Under the pieces are notes generated by a model. It ran no database searches and was not told where the DNA came from. It was given only the letters and a program-made list of their open reading frames with translations. Both the position numbers and the translations under genes were made by a program. A stretch of DNA of 63,276 nt, filler included, from Basidiobolus ranarum (lineage: Eukaryota), in assembly GCA_040143965.1 (NCBI GenBank). It is 54 parts of 54 records of this genome, joined end to end, with 100 filler letters (N's around TTAATTAATTAA, not from the genome) between each part and the next. Parts side by side here need not be neighbours in the genome. Positions count along the whole stretch, not along the records: positions 10,611 to 11,687 come from JASJQH010006537.1; positions 11,788 to 12,864 come from JASJQH010006538.1; positions 12,965 to 14,041 come from JASJQH010006539.1; positions 14,142 to 15,217 come from JASJQH010006540.1; positions 15,318 to 16,393 come from JASJQH010006541.1; positions 16,494 to 17,569 come from JASJQH010006542.1; positions 17,670 to 18,745 come from JASJQH010006543.1; positions 18,846 to 19,921 come from JASJQH010006544.1; 46 more parts are not named here. One strand, 5' to 3'. This document shows, in pieces, positions 11,295 to 23,546 of the stretch. Every line of letters starts with the position of its first letter. The first letter of the stretch is position 1.

Positions 11295-11787
11295 TGTTAG
11301 TTAGCTGTGAGTGATGATTATGTGATGTTGCCTACCTTTGACTTATATAGCTGATTATAGGATGACTTCAACTAAGCATCAGTGATGGTGAATTAAGTGA
11401 ATTACGTAACAGTTGAATGATGTGTACACGGCAGCAACTACTAACCGATTGAACTGCAATTTACTCAATGTATCAGTATATCGTCGATTCGTTTGCTCTA
11501 TTGATCTCTTTAGCCGATTGCAACATGAATCATGTTTCAGGTAGTGCAATACGTTACTAACATATCTTCATCCTGTTCATTACCAGAGAAATGCAGTAGC
11601 ATTCATGACATATGCCATATTAATTAGTTAATTCTTTTTATTATAAGGTAAGGGTTAGGTAAAAGTTAGGTTGCAATCGAAATAGTCNNNNNNNNNNNNN
11701 NNNNNNNNNNNNNNNNNNNNNNNNNNNNNNNTTAATTAATTAANNNNNNNNNNNNNNNNNNNNNNNNNNNNNNNNNNNNNNNNNNNN

Positions 11788-11892
11788 TGATATTTGACTA
11801 AATAATGTTGACTAACTAATATGTGATATATGAAATAGTTAGGTGTATAAAGATAGGGATAACATATATGATAAAGACAATAAACTTCAACA
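11788..11892 (-). mobile_element. LTR-A 5' end, inserted in LTR-E
   Basis: …ATAAACTTCAACA boundary shared with all LTR-A copies. Confidence 0.85.
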
Positions 11893-12245
11893 ATCACATG
11901 ATTAACTATCTCTTCTCTTACCTCTTCTATCAGATCATAAGACCAATCACCTGATCATTATCCAATCAGTATTAACCCCTGAGTCATCTGCCTAGACACA
12001 AGTCAATATGAGTCACAAGATGCATAACCAATGATCTTTCACTGCCAAGAATTCAGCTGATGCATGACTCACTGATCTATCTATCTATCTATCCAACCAC
12101 ATTTTCTTTTATCAGAATTAGTCATCTAATATCTTGGCACTGACTAAATCACTTTGCAATCAAAAAGTATAAATAAAGCCAACTGAACCTTTTGGTTTAG
12201 TATATGTCTCAACAAATATAAGATCTTAACAATTCTTGGTGAGCC
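11893..12245 (+). mobile_element. Putative LTR-E 3' part with tRNA-type PBS TGGTGAGCC
   Basis: TATAAATAAA, terminal …TTAACA at 12231, then TGGTGAGCC at 12237-12245. Contains a (TCTA)4 microsatellite. Single copy in this window. Confidence 0.5.
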
Positions 12246-12753
12246 TTCACAAATTCAATATACCTCTCTTGATTCTATCCAAGCCTAGTATCCACTAGCA
12301 TCTATGGAACACCAAGTCTAGCTGCCTGGCAAACCTACTCTCTGCCATAACATAGCAACCCACTGCTATTCCTAAGACATATACTAGTTAGATCTACTCT
12401 GCCAATATATCTTGCTTAAATAGTTCTAAGATTTTGCACTGAACTTTTTCTTTGGTTCAGTAATGTTCCAGCCTTTTTATCCACTTTTCACTTGGACACA
12501 ACAGTATATTTACTAAAGAGAGTACAACAAATACTTGGGAGGCACAATATTCAAGCTCTTCACTAGTAGCAACACTCTCCTCTAATATGAGAAGTCATGG
12601 AGCACAAGTAAAAGTGATTAGAAACAGTATGCTCTTATTAACAGTTGACAATGAAGAGCATTACTGATGACTGCAGTGTAGTTATTTTAGGGTGCAAGCA
12701 GCAACTATAACTGCAATGCCTTAAGTGTTTTGTGAGATATCCAAAGGGTGCAA

Positions 12754-12864
12754 TGTTGAAGTTTATTGTCTTTATCATATATGTTATCCCTATCTTTATA
12801 CACCTAACTATTTCATATATCACATATTAGTTAGTTAACATTATTTAGTCAAATATCACTTAGC
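12754..12864 (+). mobile_element. LTR-A 5' end inserted in family-F internal sequence
   Basis: TGTTGAAGTTTATTG start. Flank 12680-12753 matches 27775-27848. Confidence 0.85.
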
Positions 12865-12964
12865 NNNNNNNNNNNNNNNNNNNNNNNNNNNNNNNNNNNN
12901 NNNNNNNNTTAATTAATTAANNNNNNNNNNNNNNNNNNNNNNNNNNNNNNNNNNNNNNNNNNNN

Positions 12965-13650
12965 GCCTTCTTCTTAATCATTGCATAGAGTTCACGTTTA
13001 AATCCAATTGGCGACGTTGCATTAGAACCATTTGCCTTTAACTCAATATTGGCTAATAAGAGAAATGCGTTATAAAGCCTGTATTGCTTTATATTAATCC
13101 CCACCATTGGCTTCTCTTTTCTCTTTTCAAGTGTACTAAGCTCCTGAAGATGGCTGATAATTGATTCCAAAGGTGATTTTCCAAGTTCTATTCCCGGATT
13201 TGGTTTGTCCAAATCAATTAGCAAGTCCAATGAAATATCTCCAATGCCTGGGTGGTTACTTTGGTAGAGTTCACTTAGACTTGTACACTTTTGTAGAAAA
13301 ACTTCTACAACCTTCCTCTGATGCTTCCTACTTAGACACTTTGATGGGGTCTTTTTTCTGGGAGATTCACATAACTGTCGTCAAAGACTAATCACTTGTT
13401 CGCTCAGCCATTGATTTTGCTGTGATAACTCCTGCATAGCTTGATCTACCACAACTACCTTATTGCTCAGTTTTACTACTTTCAGATTCTGCTCCGCTGA
13501 TTTGAGCAGCAACTCTTTGAGCTGCATACTGAAAGCCTCTTTTATGCTTACTACTTCCATATAATGTGTTGTTTTGATTTCTTTCAGTATCTCTTCATAG
13601 GGTTGACAGAAAGCTTCTTTTGATTGCGGAGTATTATTGGGATTTGCCAT
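12965..13650 (-). pseudogene. Unidentified coiled-coil protein, 3'-truncated, with a single in-frame TGA at 13381-13383
   Basis: ORFs 13381-13725 and 12913-13230 share one frame and are separated only by TGA (…VISL*RQLCESPRKK…). Confidence 0.5.
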
Positions 13651-14276
13651 GGTTGTAGAGAGATATTGAGATATATACTTCCATTTATAAGCCAAAACAA
13701 TAGTAGTCAAATATATAATAGTCATTCAACTAGTATTGACAACTTTGATGTGCAATCAAATCACAACTATTCATCTGGTCCTTGATCTTTAGGGTTAGTT
13801 GTTTCAACTAGCTGTGTCAACTAAATAGGGTCATTCATTCAAAGTTTTCACTGTGTCACTGGAGAAGTAAATGCTGGTACAAGTTTGGTTGTTAAGTTAA
13901 TGATGTATTTGGCCCTTGGTTACAATGTAAAATAATATCCATTGGCAAACTGTACTTAAAAAGGGTTACTAATAGCTCATGACCAATATATGTTGTATTA
14001 GTATTAACTATGTACAAAAGCTGGTGTTCAAAAGATATTATNNNNNNNNNNNNNNNNNNNNNNNNNNNNNNNNNNNNNNNNNNNNTTAATTAATTAANNN
14101 NNNNNNNNNNNNNNNNNNNNNNNNNNNNNNNNNNNNNNNNNTTCCCTGACTCTAACGCCCTTATTTATTGATATCTCAGAATTTTGGCCTTGGGATGAAG
14201 AATACTCTTGATGACGTTGAAATTAGCATTATCTAAACACCTATATACATCCTCAGACCCAATTCTGCCTAGTCCC

Positions 14277-14624
14277 TGTTGAAATTAGCATTGTCTAAAC
14301 ATCTATGTAGTCATATAAAGATTAGTACTCAATTTTCTTGTAATTCACTAAGATATTTTCCATTCTTCTTGATCAGAATTTACTTAGAATATTTTTACCT
14401 ACTAAGAAGTTCTCAGATATATAGATTTTTCACACTTGTGCTAGAAGCCTCAAACTTTGCACCCTTGGCTCTGGAATCTTACTTAAGAAATTATAAACTT
14501 TAGTCTGTTTATATCTGGACCAAACTATAAATATCAACTTTCTACTCAATAGATCAATTAGTGCAAACCACCAATTCTTCTAATTATGCAAACCACTTCC
14601 AATGGGCTTCCAAATTCTTTGACA
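14277..14624 (+). mobile_element. LTR-B (copia-2), full length and diverged; a short extra 5' fragment lies at 14215-14247
   Basis: TGTTGAAATTAGC…TTTGACA. Homologous to 51772-52117. No TSD. Confidence 0.85.
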
Positions 14625-14649
14625 GAAATATCATCACATTACCACATAA

Positions 14650-14985
14650 ACAAATAATCCAAATTATAGAGGTACATACTCTTTGTCCATCAATTGAGTT
14701 TTCTTGCTGTAGTTGTGCTTAAGCAATTCAAACACCCATGAGCACATTGAAAAGAGCCTCTTTGTTGGAAGACTAATATACTGTGGAGTCTCCTTAACCT
14801 ATCACATTACTTCCATCACTGATTTTGCTGATACATTGTTAATCCAACAAACACATGGTAATACTGACATTTTCACAAAAAGTATCATTTCACCTCTGGT
14901 GCACTCCATTAGGAACTCCCTGAATGTACAGCAAGGGCTTAAAATCTCTAAACATTGTGAATGAAGTAGCAGAGAATGTATTGAA
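14650..14985 (-). mobile_element. CACTA transposase C-terminal fragment
   Basis: Homologous to about 62650-62990. Confidence 0.7.
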
Positions 14986-15217
14986 TATTGGGAAAATATG
15001 GGCTGTTTGGAGGAACTTGAGAAAAGTGGAGCTGTGAATACCTTTGTGAGATAATTGTTTATTGTCCAGAAATAAAGTATTTATACTTTTTGGTGGAAAT
15101 ACAGAAACCTAACACTGGGATTGTGTTGAGAACATATATGTGATTATATTGACCTATGTTTGGGCCAATTGGGATGACTGAGATATTACCAATATGGATT
15201 TGCTAAGTCTCATATTA
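14986..15217 (-). mobile_element. LTR-A 3' part inserted in CACTA transposase
   Basis: TATTGGGAAAATATGGGC boundary. Confidence 0.85.
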
Positions 15218-15317
15218 NNNNNNNNNNNNNNNNNNNNNNNNNNNNNNNNNNNNNNNNNNNNTTAATTAATTAANNNNNNNNNNNNNNNNNNNNNNNNNNN
15301 NNNNNNNNNNNNNNNNN

Positions 15318-16289
15318 CTTTAACTTAAAGATGAAGCCAGGAGAAGACATTAAATCACTAATTAATAGAGTCACTATTTTAGTGGATGAAATGGAATGCA
15401 TTGGAGTATCTACCACTGATCAAGATATGATAATTATAGTCCTGAATAGCCTGCCATACAAGTTTCAGAGTCTAGTAGTGGTTTTCAAGTCAAGAACTGA
15501 AAATTTGACCTTAAATTATGTATTTGGCAGACTTCTGGATGAAGATTTATGCCAATTGGGATCAAATCAAAAAAATGAGCAAAATGTTTTAATAAGCTGT
15601 GAGGAACTTTCCAGTAATGGTCAAAAGTACTTTAAGCAGAAAAGTAACACATTGACTCTAGAGCCTCCCAACTTTTCACAAATGAAAAGCATTGGTTTGT
15701 GGATTATGAAGAAATCCCAATTACAATGGTTTTCTTTGGAGATGACCACACATTAGATGCCCTTTGAATGGGAACCATTCAAGTTAATTTCACTGGAGCT
15801 TCTGAATAAAAGTGTATACTTTTAAGGATGCACTACATGTTCCAGATATTGCCAAATATTTATTATATGTATTTAAGGCCACCTCCCAAGGGATAAATTC
15901 ACTTTGGATAAGTCAGGATGCACCATCATTGATCAAAATGGGAATTATTTAGCTTCTGGAGAAAAGGATCAGAACTAGTACAATCTTACATATAATCAAA
16001 GAGGTTTATGTGTACATGGGAGTTATTCCAAACAAGAAACTATTCAATTATGGCAAAAAAGATATGGCCATACTGGATCTGATTATTTGGGCAAAATAAT
16101 CAAAAGTTGCCAAATGTCTGGAACACATACCAACCTCCTAGCCAAGCTGGAAGTATGAGAGGGTTGTATATACAGAAAACATGCCAGGCAACCATTCAAG
16201 AGCCCTGGTTTAATCAAATCTATCAATAATTGGATCTAATTCATTTAGATTTGTGTGGACCTATGCAAAATTTATCTTCAGGTGGAAAA
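15318..16289 (+). mobile_element. Copia-2 gag/protease/pre-integrase, decayed; LTR-A inserted at 16290-16393
   Basis: MKPGEDIKSLINRV…LNSLP…LTLNYVFGRLL and IHLDLCGPM remnants. Confidence 0.88.
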
Positions 16290-16493
16290 TATTGGGAAAA
16301 TATGGGCTGTTTGGAGGAACTTTAGAAAAGTGGAGTTGTGAATAGCTTTGTGAGATAATTATTTATTGACCAGAAATTAAGCATTTATACATTNNNNNNN
16401 NNNNNNNNNNNNNNNNNNNNNNNNNNNNNNNNNNNNNTTAATTAATTAANNNNNNNNNNNNNNNNNNNNNNNNNNNNNNNNNNNNNNNNNNNN

Positions 16494-16561
16494 GCAGATT
16501 TGGTGGTGATGGATGTGGATGGAATGATGATTGTGGTGGTGTTGACTGTGGAAGCTGTTAG
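16494..16561 (+). CDS. C-terminus of a Gly/Cys/Asp-rich protein (partial)
   Basis: RFGGDGCGWNDDCGGVDCGSC* at the contig start. Confidence 0.4.
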
Positions 16562-17461
16562 TCGATTTGAACCACAAATCTGATGATCTTAACTAATCCT
16601 TCCAAATATCCTAATAACAGACATTCACATCTTTGGTTTGCTATTTCTTTTGGCTAATTGAATAAAACAATTCTATATCTGACTCCACATTTATACCACT
16701 GGAATTTTTTTGCTTGAAGTGATTTTTTCTGTTACTAGCAGAGCTCAAATTGGGCATGACTAATGAACCGCATCTTAATTACACAACATAGAACATCAAG
16801 TACTACGGATTTAACCGAAATGGTAAAATCAACCATTGCTAAGAATTGTATGATGTGAGATGCCAAAGAGGATTTGAACATACTGTTGAAAACGAGATGC
16901 CCAAGTTATTTTGCGTGAGAAACGTATCTGTGGATACACTTCTCATTAAATACCAAAGTAAACACTCAAACATGCTAATACTGGCCTCTTCCTAACTGGC
17001 GATTTGACTTTTAGACGCCATAAACAATTTTCTCATCTAAACTCGGACATTCAACAGAGATTGGTACTATTAGTCCGTCTTGACAACAATTAAATTAACC
17101 ATGTGGTGATTTGCAAATCAAAGTAAAATCTCTGCATTTTTCTAAATAAAGACATCGACCATGTCGCCATCTATTTGCCTTTACTGAACCGCTCACTATA
17201 ACATGGTCTTACGGCTTAGGTACAGTAACCCCACAGTGTGCTAAAATGAAGTGATATTTCTATCCAAACAGTCCCCCTCAATACTTTAAGCTCAGAATCA
17301 TCTAAAAAAGAGTAAATCTCTAATCCTGATATAGGCTATCTCAATCAGACTGCGCACTTGCCATAACTAAACTTAGTTACGAATATATAAAAGGGCCAGT
17401 TAGTAATATATTTTCCCACAACTTCAGTTTCTTCTTCAACAAGCATTTACTCACACCAAAA

Positions 17462-17569
17462 ATGTATTTCAAAGCCACTCTCGTCAGCACCATATTGTTA
17501 GCCTCTCTAGCCAATGCAGCCGACATTAAACTCAGCACACCTTCTGGCCATAATGTAGAATCTTCCATG
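17462..17569 (+). CDS. N-terminus of a secreted protein (partial)
   Basis: AAAATG context. MYFKATLVSTILLASLANA|ADIKL is signal-peptide-like. TATATAAAA about 75 bp upstream. Confidence 0.65.
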
Positions 17570-17810
17570 NNNNNNNNNNNNNNNNNNNNNNNNNNNNNNN
17601 NNNNNNNNNNNNNTTAATTAATTAANNNNNNNNNNNNNNNNNNNNNNNNNNNNNNNNNNNNNNNNNNNNAAACCACTCATCAACTGCTTCACCTCACACC
17701 CCCAAGCAATTGATTCATAATGTTTTCGCCTTGACTCACGGCCTGCTTCACCCTCTAGCTTCACTTCCAACTCTCTCTACTGCCAATGCTTTTTTTCTCG
17801 CACGCAGAAT

Positions 17811-18193
17811 AGGTGGGCTTTGATGGAGATATTGATACAAACTTGTGTTGGATATGAACTAAACCTTGGGTATGAAGAACTCTATAAAAATATTCATGAG
17901 AATATATCAAAGAAACTAGGAATTTTGAAGGTGACAAATTAGTGCTCAAGTGGTAAATGTGTAAAATTTGAGTTATGTTTTTTGCACATGCATTGATCCA
18001 TAGTTTGCTGAGATTGTAGCCAATCATATGCAACTATTTTGCAAGATCTTGTAATTTCACTCCTGAAACTGAAAAATTGATTAAAATCAAATCTAACATG
18101 ACAATTTTATGATGATAAGTAAATGGTCAATCCCAAATGGATTAAAATTGTGATGGTTCTCCTACAATAACAATCCTCAAATTTCTGTTAGGG
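17811..18193 (-). mobile_element. CACTA-like end A with ORF2 C-terminus, inserted just before a copia-2 PPT
   Basis: Ends …AAATTTCTGTTAGGG. Reverse complement of 39366-39748. Confidence 0.85.
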
Positions 18194-18220
18194 TTATATG
18201 CCTATTTAGTTGAGGGAGAG

Positions 18221-18745
18221 TGTTGAAAGTAGCATTGACTAAACACCTATATAGACATATATAGCTTAGTACTTAGTTATCTTATAATTCACTAAGATAT
18301 TATCCATTATTCTCAATCGGAATTTACTTTGAAAAATCTATATATCTAAGAACTTCTAAGTTGGTAAAAATATTCAAACTTGTGCTAGAAGCCCCAAACT
18401 TTGCACACATATGCCTGGGATCTTTCTTATGATACTCTACATGTTATTTTGCTTACATCTTGACAAACTAACATGTAGAATATGTTAAGGAAGGTCCCAG
18501 GATCATGTGTGCAAAGTTTGGGGCTTCTAGTACAAGTTTGAACAATCCATATATCTGAGAACTTCTAAGTTGGTATAAAATATTTTAAGTAAATTCCGAT
18601 TGTGAATAATTGATAATATCTTAGTGACTTATAAGATAACTAAGTACTAAGCTATATATGACTATATAGGTGTTTAGGCAATGCTAATTTCAACATTGTC
18701 AAGATAGAAGCAAAATTACATTTAGAATGTGTTGCAAAAGGTCCC
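18221..18745. mobile_element. Cluster of three LTR-B pieces: plus copy after PPT (18221-~18466), inverted copy (~18464-18695), third fragment (18696-18745)
   Basis: PPT AGTTGAGGGAGAG then TGTTGAAAG…; the minus copy ends …AATTTCAACA at 18695. Confidence 0.85.
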
Positions 18746-18845
18746 NNNNNNNNNNNNNNNNNNNNNNNNNNNNNNNNNNNNNNNNNNNNTTAATTAATTA
18801 ANNNNNNNNNNNNNNNNNNNNNNNNNNNNNNNNNNNNNNNNNNNN

Positions 18846-19921
18846 TTGGGCTTTGCCACTTGGTGTAAGCTCTCATAACTTGAAGCTCTGCGACGCAATT
18901 TAGGTTTGGTTGAGTTTTGGCGAGAGGGTCCGGTCGTAACTAAAGGAGATATATTCTCCGCATCAGAGTACGACTGCTCTTCATAAGATCCTTGGCGTAG
19001 TTGTTCATAGTCCAATTGTTGAGCTTCAGTGTCTCTAGGAATCTCTTGAGGATCTTCATAAACACCTCTACTCAAATAGATCGGCTCCGTTTGATGTGTT
19101 TGAAACAAATATCTAGCATCATTTGAGTGATGCTGGACATTATAATGATCCGGGACTACAGCATCGCTATGACAAACGACCAATTCGATGGGATCGGTAG
19201 CTTCCGCCTCTTGACACAGCTCAAATAACTCCTGTTCATCGATAGGCTTTCCCACTATGAATAATGTGAAAACCGTTCAAGTCAAATACTCTAAATTTGG
19301 TTTTGAAGTTTCATGGAGTAAACATACCTGAGCTTCCCTGTCGACATGCATAAATCAAGTAATTATGCCAATCATCAGCAATATTAAGGCGTTGAAATAT
19401 CCGTCCATAAAGAAGTTGCGGCGTATCCAAATTCAATAAACTCATCGTCAGGACGACTGGACTATTTTCTTGTCTTACACGCAAGATTTTCTGAGCAAAT
19501 AAAAGAAGTTAAATGATTGTTTCGCTTTTCTCTAGAAAAGAAAAGGTACTTACCTGAGGCGGTATAAGGTCATCCTGATATAAAATCTGGTTAGATGTTG
19601 ATTTTCAAGCATGTCGTTATATGAAGTACATACCGGACAACTCTTGGCTTTTTTATGAGTCTTGGACGTCCATCCTAGGAAGTAGGTTGTGCTAGGTGAG
19701 GTTTCTTTGGCTGGAGATGATGTGCCGGTGGTGGACGAGATGGCTGACACCATTGGCATTGGAGGGCCCATGGTAGATGCCGAGGCTAAGGAAACGTTGA
19801 TCGGAGAGGTTTTGCTTCTCCAGCGACCTAACGATTCTCCTCGTGGAGGAAATGATGGATACTCACTTACTGTACTGAATGTGTCAGTAATGCTTAAAGG
19901 TGATTGATTGAGAGAGTCAAA
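18846..19921 (-). CDS. Internal part of an intron-containing signalling gene with a Ras-association/ubiquitin-like domain (Ste11/Bck1 MAPKKK-like)
   Basis: GT-AG introns at 19587-19633, 19491-19553 and 19255-19327 splice into one open frame: …KILRVRQENSPVVLTMSL…IFQRLNIADDWHNYLIY…PIDEQELFELC…IELVV. The family is inferred from motif pattern only. Confidence 0.6.
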
Positions 19922-20021
19922 NNNNNNNNNNNNNNNNNNNNNNNNNNNNNNNNNNNNNNNNNNNNTTAATTAATTAANNNNNNNNNNNNNNNNNNNNNNN
20001 NNNNNNNNNNNNNNNNNNNNN

Positions 20022-20185
20022 ACACATGTTCCTGGGACCTTCCTTAACATATTCTACATGTTAGTTTGCTTACATCTTGACAAAACTATAAATGTCAACT
20101 TTCTACTCAATAAATCAATAAGTGAAAACCACTAATTCCTCTAATTCTCGAAACCACTTCCAACAGGCTCCCAAATACTTTAACA
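20022..20185 (+). mobile_element. LTR-B 3' half, inserted antisense in copia-2 pol
   Basis: Ends CCCAAATACTTTAACA. Confidence 0.85.
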
Positions 20186-21096
20186 TCTTCAGTAGGCAAC
20201 ATTTTGGTTGAAGGGTCCACAGGAATGCTATTTACTTCACTGTTCTGGTTTGAATCAATTTGAATGATTGGATCAGTAGAAAGTTGATTTTTGTCATCAT
20301 CTGAGATCATATTGGGTAAATATTTTTAATTTTCATTAAACAAAACATCCTTGGACTTAATTAACTTGGAAATTTTGGTATCATAGAGTCTGTAGCTCTT
20401 AGTGTGAGTATAATAACCCCAAAATATGCATTTCTTACTTTTTTGGTCAAATTTAGAGTGATTTTTGATCATAACTTTGACATAAGCAATGCATCCAAAG
20501 ATCCTCAAATGTTTTACATCAGGTTTGACTACAAACCAAGCTTGATATGGTGTAGAGTTAGACACACTTCTAGTAAAACTCCTATTCTTCAGATATACAG
20601 CTGCAGCAACAGATTCCACCCAAAAGTTATGAGATAAATTTTTTGCATTTATCATAGATCTTGCCATTTCTGTTACAGTCCTGTTAGCTCTTTCAGCAAC
20701 TCCATTTTGTTGAGGTGAATAGAGAGCAGTGGTTTCTTGCTTAGTTCCATCAACTTTGCCAAAGTGCTTAAATAGGGTTGAAGCATATTCTCTGCCATTA
20801 TCAATATGCATTTTCTTGATTTTAGTTCCAGTTTCAGTCTCCACAAGTGTTTTAAAATCTCTAAAGATAGAGAGAGCTTCTTCTTACTTTCCATAAAGTA
20901 GACCCAAGTGTATCTTGTATAATCATCAACAAATGTAATTGAATATCTTTTTCTGCCAAAAGATAAATGTTGCATAGGTCTACACAAATGTAAGTGAATT
21001 AGACCCAATTTTTTGACAGATTTGATTAAACCAGAGCTATTGAATGGTTGCCTGGCTTGTTTTCCATATATACAGCCCTCACAAATTTCCATTTTG
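20186..21096 (-). mobile_element. Copia-2 integrase core and SH3-like domain
   Basis: CEGCIYGKQ, FVDDYTRYTWV, DNGREY, YSPQQNGVAERANRT and HLRIFGC. Confidence 0.93.
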
Positions 21097-21196
21097 NNNN
21101 NNNNNNNNNNNNNNNNNNNNNNNNNNNNNNNNNNNNNNNNTTAATTAATTAANNNNNNNNNNNNNNNNNNNNNNNNNNNNNNNNNNNNNNNNNNNN

Positions 21197-22157
21197 CAGT
21201 TAAATTGACTTGAATTGTACCCATTTCAATAGCATCCAATGTGCAGTCATCTCCCAAGAAAACCTTGCTAATTGGGATTTCTTCATAATCCAAAAACCAA
21301 TGTTTTTCATTTGTGAAGTGTTGCAAAGCTCCAGAATCAATACATCACATCTGGAAAACATTTTAGTAGTCATAGATAGAGCAGATATGAACAAGTGATC
21401 TTCTGTTGTAAACACATTTCCAGATTTGGTACATTTTTCTTCTTTGGCAATTCTTTTAAAGCAGTCTTTGATTAAATGGCCAGTTCTTTTACAGTAATCA
21501 CAGAATGTGTTACTTTTCTTCTTAAAGTGCTTTGGACCTTTATAGGAAGGTTTCCCATAGCCTATTGAAGCATTTTCTTCATTCTGTGGGTTGGATCCTG
21601 ATTTGCATAAATCTTCATTCAGAAGTCTGCCAAATACATAACTTAAGGTCAAATTTTCAGTTCTTCATTCTAGAGCCATTACTAGGCTCCAGAACCCATG
21701 TGACAGGCTATTCAGGACTGTAACTTTGATATTTTGGTCAGTAGTAGGTACATCAATGCATTCCATTTCATCCACTAAAATAGTGACTCTGTTAATTAGT
21801 GAATTAATGTCTTCTCCTGACTTCATCTTTGAGTTAAAGAATTTTCTTCTTAGAAACATCTTGTTGTAAGCAGAACTTGTTTGGTAGGAGTCTTCTAAGG
21901 CTTTCCATACCTTCTTGGCAGTTTTATCTCTTGAGCATTGAATTAAAAATTTGTCTTCAACATTAAGACAAACTGTGTTATAGGCACTTTGTTCTTTTTT
22001 AACTTGGAGTAAGATTTTGGTTTCAGATAGTTTTGCATTGTTTTCTTCTCCTACAATAGTGTTGCAAAGTCCTTTTTCTTGCAGCAGCATTTTATTTTAA
22101 TTTTCCAAACTTGATAATTGGTTCCATCCAATTTTTCAGAAGTGGGAAAAGTTCCAT
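21197..22157 (-). mobile_element. Copia-2 gag (start to zinc knuckle) and protease start
   Basis: EKLDGTNYQVWKIK, zinc knuckle CDYCKRTGHLIKDC, and DSGA protease remnant. Confidence 0.92.
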
Positions 22158-22193
22158 AAATTTCAGAAGTAGATATTACAGAGAGTGCAAGCT

Positions 22194-22207
22194 CTGGGTT
22201 CATAACC
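22194..22207 (-). promoter_or_regulatory. Primer-binding site GGTTATGAACCCAG (half-tRNAiMet, hemivirus type) abutting the 5' LTR-B (22208-22271)
   Basis: Directly follows …TTTAACA. Near-identical to the Drosophila copia/Ty5-type PBS GGTTATG(A/G)GCCC. Confidence 0.8.
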
Positions 22208-23424
22208 TGTTAAAGTATTTGGGAGCCTGTTGGAAGTGGTTTGGAGAATTAGAGGAATTGGTGGTTTTCACNNNNNNNNNNNNNNNNNNNNNNNNNNNNN
22301 NNNNNNNNNNNNNNNTTAATTAATTAANNNNNNNNNNNNNNNNNNNNNNNNNNNNNNNNNNNNNNNNNNNNTGTCATTGTATAAACGGCTCACCTAAGTG
22401 TAATTATCTTGTAATCTGATTGGCATATTTAACTATCGCTTGCTTTATCTTAACGTAAATGTTTGTAACAAAGTCTTTATCTCTAATTGAAATAAACCAA
22501 CGAAAGTTGAAATACTTGGGCCACCACATTCTTTCCGATAGACTAGAATTACATGACTTCATATCCGCCTACTAATATGGTTCTTGCAGCAGTAAGTCAG
22601 GGTATTTTTCCTCTTTCATTAGTGATATGCGATGATTGGGGCTCTCTCTCAGGCAGTTAAACACAATATCTACAAGTACACAAATATCTCCCGATCCATT
22701 TAAGTGTTGATTAATGAATTTGTAGCGAGTCAATTCTCAATAACCAAAATTGTAACAGTGCTTCGGTGTAACATCGCTAGTGAACTCATTCCACCACTAA
22801 CTAATCACCATCTAGAGTGACCAGTTTCTGTTTGGATCATCAGCCACATTGTTTCCTAACATGTGATAGACTTGTGTCATCCATTTCACATGCTCAGATC
22901 ATTTGAGAGACTTTTCTGCCCGCTTCGTTGAACCATTCTCATGATTGTAAATACCAACTCCAGATCTATGTGATATATTTTTTCACCATTGTGTCATCAA
23001 TGCAGTCAAATGCGGAATGATTAGAATTTAAGTGCAAAAATCTCAACATTTTATCTAATTGAAGAGTGTCTCCTATTGTTGCTTGAACAAATAGATTGAA
23101 TATTTACGATTAATAATGATTCTAATGCTAATAGAACCATGGAGTTTGGAGAGACGAGGGTATGAACTCACCCCTTGGGCTTTTTATGGTATCTATACAT
23201 GATCAGTGCGTTGTCCCTATGGACAAAGGTAAATGATTTAATTTCTTGCTTCTGAAAGGGGCATATTAATTCTAGATACGAGAGTATCATTGCTGCTCCC
23301 TATAATGATTCTCCAGGGCCTAGTGTATAAATACTCTTCACTTGGAGTCTTTTCACTTTGCCAGCGAAAGCAGCATCAACAGTACAACTTCTCTACTACC
23401 TCATTTAATCTCTAAACAAACATC

Positions 23425-23446
23425 ATGGAGTTCTCAATGGTTTTCT
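23425..23446 (+). CDS. Possible gene start (MEFSMVF…) at the contig end
   Basis: TATAAATA at about 23326, an AC-rich leader, and an ATCATGG context. The rest of the contig looks like CpG-normal upstream DNA. Confidence 0.35.
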
Positions 23447-23546
23447 NNNNNNNNNNNNNNNNNNNNNNNNNNNNNNNNNNNNNNNNNNNNTTAATTAATT
23501 AANNNNNNNNNNNNNNNNNNNNNNNNNNNNNNNNNNNNNNNNNNNN

